Of a stretch of 64,000 nt of DNA, positions 9,252 through 17,447 are shown piece after piece. Positions within the stretch are counted from its first letter, which is position 1. Each line of letters begins with the position of its first letter. Under the pieces are notes generated by a model that worked only from the letters and a program-made list of their open reading frames with translations, was not told the origin of the DNA and ran no database searches. Origin of the DNA: Spirochaetota bacterium (GTDB lineage: Bacteria; Spirochaetota; UBA4802; JAFGDQ01); contig JAZDKB010000053.1 of the NCBI GenBank assembly GCA_043803405.1, forward strand, positions 21,185 to 85,184, given 5' to 3'. Both the position numbers and the translations under genes were made by a program.

Positions 9252-10142
9252 ATGTCCGCAAGAATAATCAGCGGAAAGGATGTTGCTGCTGATATTAGAA
9301 AAGAACTTAAAGCTGAGGTTGAGATGCTTGTCAGCAGGCACAACATACAGCCCGGCCTTGTTACAATACTTGTGGGCGAGGACCCTGCCTCGCAAAGTTA
9401 TGTTTCGGGAAAACAAAAGACTGCTAAAGAGCTCGGATTTTATTCTGTTCAGGATACGCAGCCTGCTGAAATATCCGAAGAAAAGCTTTTAAATCTTATT
9501 GATAAATATAATAAAGATCCTAAGATTCACGGCATTCTAGTCCAGCTTCCTTTGCCGAAGCACATCAACGAAAACAGGGTGCTTTATGCTATAAATCCGG
9601 ATAAGGACGTGGACGGATTCCATCCTGTGAATGTCGGGAAGCTTATGATAGGCGAAGGAAGATATTTCCCTTGCACGCCTTTTGGCATTCAGCAGCTTTT
9701 AATCCGGTCGGGTGTAAAGACCGAGGGTGCTGAGGTTGTGGTGCTTGGGAGGAGCAACCTGGTAGGCAAACCGATTTCCATGATGCTTGTCCAGAAGGCG
9801 AACGGTGCAAATGCAACAGTGACAATGTGTCATACAAAGACAAGGGATATTAAGTCGCATACTTTAAAAGCAGATATTCTGATCGTTGCTGCCGGAAATC
9901 CGAAGGCAGTGACTGCCGACATGGTTAAAGAAGGCGCGGTTGTAATTGATGTCGGTGTTAACCGCATAGGCATGACATCTGAGGGTAAAGCAAAACTGAC
10001 AGGCGATGTTGATTTTGAATCTGTCAAAGAAAAGGCAGGTTTAATTACTCCTGTGCCCGGCGGGGTTGGGCCAATGACGATTACAATGCTGATGTACAAT
10101 ACTGTTAAAGCTGCTAAATTCGCAGCAGGTCTGGAGAAGTAA
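9252..10142 (+). CDS. folD: Bifunctional methylenetetrahydrofolate dehydrogenase/cyclohydrolase
   Basis: HGILVQLPLP, KDVDGFHP, GRSNLVGKP, TPVPGGVGPMT. Confidence 0.97.
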   Translation: MSARIISGKDVAADIRKELKAEVEMLVSRHNIQPGLVTILVGEDPASQSYVSGKQKTAKELGFYSVQDTQPAEISEEKLLNLIDKYNKDPKIHGILVQLPLPKHINENRVLYAINPDKDVDGFHPVNVGKLMIGEGRYFPCTPFGIQQLLIRSGVKTEGAEVVVLGRSNLVGKPISMMLVQKANGANATVTMCHTKTRDIKSHTLKADILIVAAGNPKAVTADMVKEGAVVIDVGVNRIGMTSEGKAKLTGDVDFESVKEKAGLITPVPGGVGPMTITMLMYNTVKAAKFAAGLEK

Positions 10143-10154
10143 AGCATTCATAAT

Positions 10155-10330
10155 GGTGCGTGCTAAAATCTATATTTCGCTATGTTGTTTATCAAGACAA
10201 TAATAATCAATTTTCTCGCCGCTAATGCTTACGTCCTGTAAGAAGCGGCGTACGGCAACTTCCTGTTGCCTGAAAATTGATTATTATTGTCTTGTATTAC
10301 GATATTACAATAGGTTTTAGGACGCACTCT
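10155..10330. repeat. Family E nested-palindrome element, longest copy
   Basis: Outer arms GGTGCGTGCTAAAATCTAT / ATAGGTTTTAGGACGCACT; perfect 23-bp inner arms 10193-10215 and 10272-10294; two small internal hairpins. Confidence 0.8.
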
Positions 10331-10370
10331 AAAAAAAATAACAAAGATAAAAATAAAATAAGAGGATGCG

Positions 10371-10589
10371 ATGGCAGATAAAGAAATTGAAAAAAAGGAT
10401 TTCGCAGGCAGGACGATTAAGATACTGGGCGAAACTTATGATGCAGGGTCTCCGGAATGTGTAGGCTGCGGAGAAGACCTTGGCTGGAGATCGCATTTTA
10501 AAACAAGAGAAGAGAAATTGAAATATTTAAAGAGTGCGGAAAGATACTGGTACAGCAGGGACTGGTTCGGCAGCGAGAAGCAAAGATAA
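10371..10589 (+). CDS. Small hypothetical protein (72 aa, CxxC) inside the acs cluster
   Basis: GAGGA RBS, ATG start, co-oriented with the cluster, ECVGC motif. Confidence 0.7.
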   Translation: MADKEIEKKDFAGRTIKILGETYDAGSPECVGCGEDLGWRSHFKTREEKLKYLKSAERYWYSRDWFGSEKQR

Positions 10590-10629
10590 AATGACTTTAA
10601 GGTTTTTGTAGAGTTATATTTTTTTTATT

Positions 10630-10734
10630 AGACTTGTTGCAAATCTAAAGTGTCATTTCGACCGAAGGGAGAAATCTATTAACAAAATGAAAGATTTCTC
10701 CCTTCGGTCGAAATGACACTTTTACAACAAGACT
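10630..10734. repeat. Family D REP/MITE-like palindrome, intact copy
   Basis: Perfect 31-bp arms AAAGTGTCATTTCGACCGAAGGGAGAAATCT at 10647-10677 and 10692-10722, inside outer arms AGACTTGTTGCAAA / TTTACAACAAGACT. Confidence 0.85.
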
Positions 10735-10744
10735 ATTCATTAAG

Positions 10745-10770
10745 CTCTGTGCCTCAGTGTCTCTGTGGCA
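10745..10770. repeat. Family C repeat, single arm
   Basis: CTCTGTGCCTCAGTGTCTCTGTGGCA, three 9-nt units, matching the arms at 11955 and 18913. Confidence 0.7.
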
Positions 10771-10817
10771 AATTTTTTTTTAGGAATATTATCATTCAAT
10801 GATATGGAGGACATGCA

Positions 10818-11768
10818 ATGGGATTTGACATACCAAAGATAGATTACACAGGAAAAATAAAAGAAATCGTTTTAGGTTCAGGAGATACGGCAGTAACCGT
10901 TGGCGGCGACTCATGTTATCCGTTTTATTTATTTGAAGGAAATATGCCGCATAAACCCAGGATCGCGATGGAAGTTTACGATTCGGAACCGACAGACTGG
11001 GCTGAGGCAGCGATAGAACCATTTAAAGACGTAATCAATAATCCTGCTGCATGGGCAAAGAAGAATGTTGAAACTTACGGAGCAGAACTTATTGCTCTTC
11101 AGCTAAGGAGCATTGATCCCAACGGTATGAACAGGGCTACGGATGAAGCTGTTAAGGTCGCAAAGAGTGTGATAGATGCAGTTAATGTGCCTGTTATTGT
11201 ATGGGGAGTATCGAATCCCGAGCGGGATACTGAAGTGTTAAAGGCAATTGCGGAACAATGCGCCGGAAAGAATTTGATCATTGGGCCTGTTGAAGAAAAG
11301 GACTACAAACAGATTGGCGCTGCTGGCATGGCTTACAAGCATGTTATAATCGCGACAAGTCCTATTGACGTTAATCTTGCCAAGCAGCTGAGTATTCTGC
11401 TTGGCAACCTTGGGGTTCCTGAGAAGCAGATGATAATTGATCCGACTACGGGCGCTCTGGGCTATGGTCTGGAATATACGTATTCGGTCATGGAGAGAAT
11501 AAGAATGGCTGCTCTTACGCAGGAGGACGACAAACTTCAGTATCCGATCATCTGCAATGTGGGTTACGAGACGTGGAAAACAAAGGAAGCGAAGATGGAC
11601 GAGTCCGAGGCGCCTTTGCTGGGAGACGCTAAGAAGCGCGGTGTGCTTATTGAATGCGTGACTGCAATGAGCTTCCTTTTAGCCGGTGCTAATATTGTAA
11701 TCCTGCGACATCCGGATTCCGTTAAGCTGATAAATTCAATGATAGCTAAGATGACTGCCGAGGTTTGA
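10818..11768 (+). CDS. acsD: Corrinoid iron-sulfur protein small subunit (CODH/ACS delta)
   Basis: PFYLFEG, SPIDVNLAKQL, LGYGLEYTYSVMERIR, GANIVILRHP. Confidence 0.95.
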   Translation: MGFDIPKIDYTGKIKEIVLGSGDTAVTVGGDSCYPFYLFEGNMPHKPRIAMEVYDSEPTDWAEAAIEPFKDVINNPAAWAKKNVETYGAELIALQLRSIDPNGMNRATDEAVKVAKSVIDAVNVPVIVWGVSNPERDTEVLKAIAEQCAGKNLIIGPVEEKDYKQIGAAGMAYKHVIIATSPIDVNLAKQLSILLGNLGVPEKQMIIDPTTGALGYGLEYTYSVMERIRMAALTQEDDKLQYPIICNVGYETWKTKEAKMDESEAPLLGDAKKRGVLIECVTAMSFLLAGANIVILRHPDSVKLINSMIAKMTAEV

Positions 11769-11776
11769 TATTATTA

Positions 11777-11981
11777 TGCCACAGACTCACAGAGACGCAG
11801 AGAAGTAAAATAGGTCTTATTTTAATTTTAAAATATTTACAAGTCATCTCGAAATTAACTTTAATATTTTTTAAATTGTAATGTATTACAATTTAAAGTC
11901 AGCTATTTATGTAAAATCATATTTTTGGGACGAGCTTTACTTATGTTTTTTTTATCTCTGTGTCTCCGTGACTCTGTGGCA
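11777..11981. repeat. Family C inverted pair with nested palindromes
   Basis: TGCCACAGACTCACAGAGACGCAGAGA (11777-11803) and inverted partner (11955-11981), 24/27 match; internal perfect TTTAAATTGTAAT-GT-ATTACAATTTAAA (11870-11897). Confidence 0.8.
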
Positions 11982-12078
11982 GATTCAGTAATAGCTTTTT
12001 AATAGTATATTCTAAGTTATTTCACTAAGTTATATAGTTTAAACATGATTTAAATCTGAATAAATTCAGGAAAACAAT

Positions 12079-14040
12079 ATGCCGGAAAACAAACCTATTA
12101 GTATAGATAAAGCCTCCCTTGAACTTTATGAGAAGGCAAAGAAAGACGGTGTCAACACTGTATTTGACAGGGCTGCGGACATGAAGCCGTGCCCGATCGG
12201 TGCTGAAGGGAGTTGCTGCAAAACCTGTTCAATGGGGCCGTGCAGGGTACCGCTTCCGGGAAAAGAAACTCCGGGGATGAAGGAGCAGAAAGTCGGGCTT
12301 TGCGGCGCAACTGCTGCAACTATTGCTGCGAGGAATTTTGTGAGAATGATAGCAGGCGGGTGCGCCGCACACTCGGATCACGGGCGCGGTGTGGCTGAGA
12401 CATTCCTGCTTGCTGCGAAAGGCAAAATCCCAAACTACGGCGTAAAAGATGTGCAGAAGCTTTATCAGCTTGCCCTGGATTTCGGGATTAAGATTGAGGG
12501 ACGGGAAGATAAGGATATAGCTATTGAGCTCGGGGAAAAGGCGGTTGCCGAATTCGGCAGGCAGAGTGGACATTCGGCTCTTATCGAAAGAGCCCCGGAA
12601 AAAAGAAAGGAGATATGGCTAAAGGAAGGAGTGATGCCGAGAGGCGTTGACAGGGAAATAGTAGAGATAATGCACAGGACTGCAATGGGTGTTGACCAGG
12701 ATTACAAGTCGCTCTTTAAGCAGGGAACAAGGGCGGCTCTTGCTGACGGCTGGGGCGGCTCTATGCTGGCAACGGATCTTCAGGATATTTTGTTCGGTGT
12801 GCCTGTGCCGGTTATTAGCGAAGCGAACCTGGGCGTTCTTAAAAAGGACGAGGTTAACATAATTGTTCACGGCCATGAGCCGCTTTTGTCGGAAATGGTT
12901 GTGCTTGCTTCGCGCGATCCTGAACTGATCGCGCTTGCGAAATCAGAGGGCGCTAACGGGATCAATCTTTCCGGCATGTGCTGCACTGCGAACGAGGTGC
13001 TCATGAGGCACGGGATTCCTATCTCCGGCAATTTCCTTCAGCAGGAACTCGCTATCGTTACAGGTGCAGTTGAGGCTATGGTTGTTGATGTGCAGTGCAT
13101 CATGCAGTCGCTTGTGAGCGTTGCTTCATGTTATCATACAAAAATAATTACAACGAATCCTAAAGCACACATTACGGGCGCAGCAAGGATCGAGTTTGAC
13201 GAACACGACGCGCTGAATTCCGCGAAAAAAATTGTGAGGACTGCGATAGAGAATTTTAAAAACAGGAAAGGCGAGGTTGTAATCCCTGTGCATAAAAGCA
13301 AAATGATTGCCGGGTTCAGCCATGAGACTATCAATTACCTGCTTGGCGGTTCGTTCAGGGCATCGTACAGGCCTTTGAATGACAATATTATTAATGGCAG
13401 GATACGCGGGATCGCGGGCGTTGTGGGCTGCAACAATGCGAGGACTACACACGACAGCCACCATCTTATCCTGATAAAAGAGCTTATTAAAAACGATGTT
13501 ATTGTTCTTTCAACAGGATGCAGCGCGATTGCTGCTGCTACTGCGGGGCTGCTGACGCCCGAGGCTGCTTATGAATTTGCGGGCCCCGGCCTGCGGGAGG
13601 TTTGCGAGACCGTGGGCATTCCTCCGGTCCTTCACATGGGCTCGTGCGTGGACAACAGCAGGATACTCATGGCTGCAACAGCTGTCGTAAAGGACGGCGG
13701 CCTTGGGCAGGATATAAGCGATCTGCCTGCTGCGGGCGCTGCGCCTGAATGGATGAGCGAAAAGGCGATCGCGATAGGCCAGTATTTTGTCGCGTCCGGT
13801 GTTTACACTTTGTTCAGCGGATCGGACTCGTTTCCTGTGCTGGGGAGCAGGGAAGTGACGAAGCATCTCTTTGAGGAGATGGAACAGATATACGGCGGGA
13901 AATGGGATTTCGTTAATGACCCGATGGAGATGGCAAAGAAGATGATTGCTCATATAGATAAGAAACGCAAAGCGCTCGGTATAGACAAGGCAAGAGAAAG
14001 AGTACTTTTTGATATGGAAGCAAGAAGGGAGCTGGTGTGA
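12079..14040 (+). CDS. cooS: Anaerobic Ni,Fe carbon-monoxide dehydrogenase catalytic subunit
   Basis: CPIG...CCKTCSMGPC, AHSDH, HGHEP, MCCTANE, DVQC, GCNN, TGC, GSCVDN, EWMSEKA. Confidence 0.97.
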   Translation: MPENKPISIDKASLELYEKAKKDGVNTVFDRAADMKPCPIGAEGSCCKTCSMGPCRVPLPGKETPGMKEQKVGLCGATAATIAARNFVRMIAGGCAAHSDHGRGVAETFLLAAKGKIPNYGVKDVQKLYQLALDFGIKIEGREDKDIAIELGEKAVAEFGRQSGHSALIERAPEKRKEIWLKEGVMPRGVDREIVEIMHRTAMGVDQDYKSLFKQGTRAALADGWGGSMLATDLQDILFGVPVPVISEANLGVLKKDEVNIIVHGHEPLLSEMVVLASRDPELIALAKSEGANGINLSGMCCTANEVLMRHGIPISGNFLQQELAIVTGAVEAMVVDVQCIMQSLVSVASCYHTKIITTNPKAHITGAARIEFDEHDALNSAKKIVRTAIENFKNRKGEVVIPVHKSKMIAGFSHETINYLLGGSFRASYRPLNDNIINGRIRGIAGVVGCNNARTTHDSHHLILIKELIKNDVIVLSTGCSAIAAATAGLLTPEAAYEFAGPGLREVCETVGIPPVLHMGSCVDNSRILMAATAVVKDGGLGQDISDLPAAGAAPEWMSEKAIAIGQYFVASGVYTLFSGSDSFPVLGSREVTKHLFEEMEQIYGGKWDFVNDPMEMAKKMIAHIDKKRKALGIDKARERVLFDMEARRELV

Positions 14041-14110
14041 GAGATAAGCTCTCTAACCCTAAAGGGGCATGGCTGTCTAATGCTGATTATTTTTGTTGTA
14101 AATCGGATAT

Positions 14111-14236
14111 GCTCCCAGCCCCCTAACCCCCTAAAGGGGGCAACGGCTTGGAAATTATTTCGGCGAATGTTACGTTTTTTTACAAGAATATGCCCCCTTT
14201 AGGGGGTTAGGGGGCCGAAGAAGCAAAGGCAATCAT
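14111..14236. repeat. Family A inverted-repeat element, gene-less copy 2
   Basis: CAGCCCCCTAACCCCCTAAAGGGGGCA (14116-14142) and TGCCCCCTTTAGGGGGTTAGGGGGCCG (14191-14217), 26/27 inverted match, 48-bp spacer. Confidence 0.88.
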
Positions 14237-14257
14237 ATAGTAAAATATTTCTAAACT

Positions 14258-14442
14258 AGGGGAAGCAATCCCCCAGTTAGGGGAAACAATCCCCCTGATG
14301 GGGAAAAGAACTTCCCTCCAGGGAAATTAAATATCCCAACTGGGGAATGGAATCTCCCTCGAGGGAAATAGAATTTCCCAGATGGGAAAGAAGATATCCC
14401 TTGTGGGAGGAATAATATCCCTGATGGGGGAAATAGTTTCCC
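14258..14442. repeat. Array of nine 21-bp-periodic degenerate palindromes (GGG-N11-CCC-N4)
   Basis: Units start at 14258, 14279, 14300, 14321, 14342, 14363, 14384, 14405 and 14426 with no indels. Confidence 0.88.
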
Positions 14443-14494
14443 TTTAGTACATTTAAGTATAACGATTATGTAATAATTTTCAGGAGGCAACGAG

Positions 14495-16699
14495 GTGTCC
14501 AAGATTATAGCTTCTGCGGGCATTAGAGGCGCTTACAGGATTGTCGAAAGGGCAGAAACAAAACTGAAAGAGTCGATCGATAAATGGGGTCCGAACAGGG
14601 AAGTCGCGTTCCCCAATACCGGATATTATCTTCCCATTATTTACGGAATACTCGGACATAGAGTAGAAAAACTGAAAGATATGGAATATGTTATTTCCGT
14701 GTGCCGGAATCTGCTGCCTCCGCCCGTAAGGGAGAAGCATCATCTTCCATACCTTGGCCCTGCTCTTGATGCCGGCATGGCTACTTTTTTTGCAGAAGAA
14801 ATAATTGAAGCAATAAAATATATTGAGAACCCGAACGTGTATGTAAAGGGCGAGGATATCACTGACAGCAACATCTGGCTGGGAGCCGCGGACGATGTTA
14901 TTTTAAGAAAGCGCGGTGTGGAATTCGTTGACGGCACAGCTCCCGGGTTCGCCGCGATCCTGGGCGCGCCCGAGGACCCGAAGGTCGCTGCAAAGATCGC
15001 GCTCGAGCTTCAGGAGAAGAATCTGTACGTGTTCATGTGCGCTCATACCGACGGGCGCAGCATGCCGGAGCAGCTTATAAGCGAAGGGGTGCAGGTAGGG
15101 TGGGGCACAAGACTTGTGCCCTTTGGCCCGGAGTCGTCCGCAGCAGTATTCGCGATCGGGTTCGCGACCAGGGCTGCAATGTCGTTCGGGGGCATTGAGC
15201 CCGGCGATTACCGCAAAATTCTCATCTATAACAAAGACCGCATCTTCGCGTTCGCAATGACCCTCGGTTACGTAAGCGACGACTGGTACGCGAACGGGCT
15301 GGGGTGCGTGAACTACGGCTTCCCGATCATAGCAGATACCCCGATTCCGGAAATTCTGCCTACCGGGATCTGCACCTACGAGCATGTGGTATCGAACATT
15401 CCGCACGGGAATATTGTTGCAAAGGCGATCGAGGTAAGGGGGCTCAAGGTAAATGTCACAAAGGTGCCTGTTCCTGTCGCGTACGGGCCTGCGTTCGAAG
15501 GGGAAAGGGTAAGGGGGGATGATATTTTTCTGGAAGCCGGCGGCGGCCGCACACATGCAGTTGAGCTTGTGGTATCCGCAGACATGAATGCAATTACGGA
15601 CGGAAAAATAGAAGTAGTAGGGCCGGATGTGAAAGATGTTGCTCCGGGAGCGACTCTCCCGCTCGCTGTATACATCCAGGTTGCAGGCAGGGAGATGCAG
15701 GAGGATTTTGAGCCTATACTCGAAAGGCAGATCCATCATCTTATTAATTACGCGCAGGGTATAATGCATATCGGCCAGAGGGACATTGCGTGGCTAAGGG
15801 TGTCCAGGCAGGCTGTAGACAAAGGATTTAAGCTCTCCAATATAGGCGATATCATGCATGCCAAATTCCACCAGGAATTCGGCAGCATACTGGATAAGGT
15901 ACAGGTAACCATATATACCGAAGAAAAAAAAGTAAGCGAGATACTTGAGCAGGCGAGGGCTGTGTACAAACAGCGCGATGACAGGATAGCCGGCATGACA
16001 GACGAGGACACGAATCCGTTTTATTCATGCACTCTTTGCCAGTCGTTCGCTCCGAATCATGTGTGCATCGTAACACCTGAGAGGACCGGCCTTTGCGGTG
16101 CTTATAACTGGCTGGACTGCAAGGCATCGAATGAGATGAACCCGACAGGCCCGAATCAGCCTGTGCCCAAAGACAAAGTGATTGACGCAAAATACGGGCA
16201 GTGGAAAGGCGTGGATGATTTTGTTGCAAAGGCATCAAGGGGAAATGTGCTGACAGTGGACGCGTACAGTATAATGAGGAACCCCATGACATCATGCGGG
16301 TGCTTTGAATGCATTGCGGCAATTCTTCCGCTGTGCAACGGCATAATGATAGTTGACAGGGATACATCCGTGATGACGCCCAGCGGAATGAAATTTACAA
16401 CGCTTGCAGGCATGGTGGGCGGCGGCAATGTGACCCCGGGATTCCTGGGACACAGCAAGTATTACATTACCAGCAAAAAATTTATTCTGGCAGAAGGCGG
16501 TATTAAAAGGATTGTGTGGATGCCGAAGTCGCTTAAGGAAGAGATAAAGGAACGCTTTAATGAAATGGCTTCCAGAACCGGATGCCCCGATCTTCTGGAC
16601 AGGATCGCAGATGAGACTGTCGGCGTTGCTGAAGAAGAAGTACTGACTTATCTTACAGAGAAACAGCATCCGGCGCTTACAATGGATCCGATGTTTTAA
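14495..16699 (+). CDS. acsB: Acetyl-CoA synthase, bacterial type with N-terminal domain
   Basis: FPNTGYYLP, FEPILERQIH, CTLCQSFAPNHVC, CGAYNWLDC, MTSCGCFEC; GTG start behind AGGAGG. Confidence 0.97.
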   Translation: MSKIIASAGIRGAYRIVERAETKLKESIDKWGPNREVAFPNTGYYLPIIYGILGHRVEKLKDMEYVISVCRNLLPPPVREKHHLPYLGPALDAGMATFFAEEIIEAIKYIENPNVYVKGEDITDSNIWLGAADDVILRKRGVEFVDGTAPGFAAILGAPEDPKVAAKIALELQEKNLYVFMCAHTDGRSMPEQLISEGVQVGWGTRLVPFGPESSAAVFAIGFATRAAMSFGGIEPGDYRKILIYNKDRIFAFAMTLGYVSDDWYANGLGCVNYGFPIIADTPIPEILPTGICTYEHVVSNIPHGNIVAKAIEVRGLKVNVTKVPVPVAYGPAFEGERVRGDDIFLEAGGGRTHAVELVVSADMNAITDGKIEVVGPDVKDVAPGATLPLAVYIQVAGREMQEDFEPILERQIHHLINYAQGIMHIGQRDIAWLRVSRQAVDKGFKLSNIGDIMHAKFHQEFGSILDKVQVTIYTEEKKVSEILEQARAVYKQRDDRIAGMTDEDTNPFYSCTLCQSFAPNHVCIVTPERTGLCGAYNWLDCKASNEMNPTGPNQPVPKDKVIDAKYGQWKGVDDFVAKASRGNVLTVDAYSIMRNPMTSCGCFECIAAILPLCNGIMIVDRDTSVMTPSGMKFTTLAGMVGGGNVTPGFLGHSKYYITSKKFILAEGGIKRIVWMPKSLKEEIKERFNEMASRTGCPDLLDRIADETVGVAEEEVLTYLTEKQHPALTMDPMF

Positions 16700-16751
16700 G
16701 GTGTGAAATTATAGTTTCTAGCTGGGTATTTAAGCAGCCGATTTTTTAAGA

Positions 16752-17297
16752 ATGATTATTTTTACTTCTTCAGCCCCCTAACCCCCAAAGGGGGCATAAT
16801 TGGGAAGGTCTGGATAGTAAGTCATTATTACCAGATGAAAGGAATGTTGCAAAACAATGAACAAAGGAGTAAAAACGCCTGATTATATAATACAGTTGGC
16901 CAGAGATATGAGAAATAATATGACCATTGCTGAAAAGAAGTTATGGTCGGCTATAAATAAGAAACAGATTGATGGCTTTAAATTTAGAAATCAGCATCCT
17001 GTAAATCGTTATATACTTGATTTTTATTGCGATAATAAACAACTCGCTATTGAGGTTGATGGGGATGTTCATATTAAAAAGCAGGAAGATGATAAATATA
17101 GAGACGAATTTTTAAATAGTCTGAGCATCAGAGTTTTACGTTTTAGCAATAATGATATTATGACTGATTTAGATACTGTTATAAATAAGATTAAAAAGGA
17201 ATTATCTGCTTAATAGAAAATATTATCTAATAATAGCAGGATTTCTATTGAATAATGTTTTTCAGAATGTGCCCCCTTTGGGGGTTAGGGGGCCGAA
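16752..17297. mobile_element. Putative mobile element: DUF559 gene bounded by family A inverted repeats
   Basis: TTCAGCCCCCTAACCCCCAAAGGGGGCATA (16769-16798) and TGTGCCCCCTTTGGGGGTTAGGGGGCCGAA (17268-17297), 28/30 inverted match, between acsB and acsC; mobility is inferred. Confidence 0.6.
16857..17213 (+). CDS. DUF559 / Vsr-like endonuclease-domain protein
   Basis: ARDMRNNMTIAEKKLW, KFRNQHPV..YILDFYC, LAIEVDGDVH, DKYRDEFL...IRVLRFSN. Confidence 0.92.
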   Translation: MNKGVKTPDYIIQLARDMRNNMTIAEKKLWSAINKKQIDGFKFRNQHPVNRYILDFYCDNKQLAIEVDGDVHIKKQEDDKYRDEFLNSLSIRVLRFSNNDIMTDLDTVINKIKKELSA

Positions 17298-17447
17298 AGG
17301 GCAATTGCGATGTTATGCAAGTATGTTTTTCCAAAAGCAAATAATAATAACAGATATTTAGCATGAGGCAGCCCTTGGGTGCAGGGTGGGAAGAAATATT
17401 AATAACGAAAATTCGAATTACTAAATTATACTTCAGGAGATTACATA

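Noticed and set aside
11768..14040. Selenocysteine read-through at the TGA stops of acsD and cooS
   Set aside because: Both proteins are full length at these stops and the downstream sequence is non-coding repeat.
14258..14442. CRISPR array interpretation of the 21-bp array
   Set aside because: The period is only 21 bp, there is no constant repeat with 25-45-nt spacers, and no cas genes are present.
14251..14523. Minus-strand 90-aa ORF with G..P heptads across the array
   Set aside because: Antisense within the operon, overlaps the acsB start and RBS, and the G/P pattern follows from the GGG/CCC triplets; not called as a gene, though not strictly excluded.
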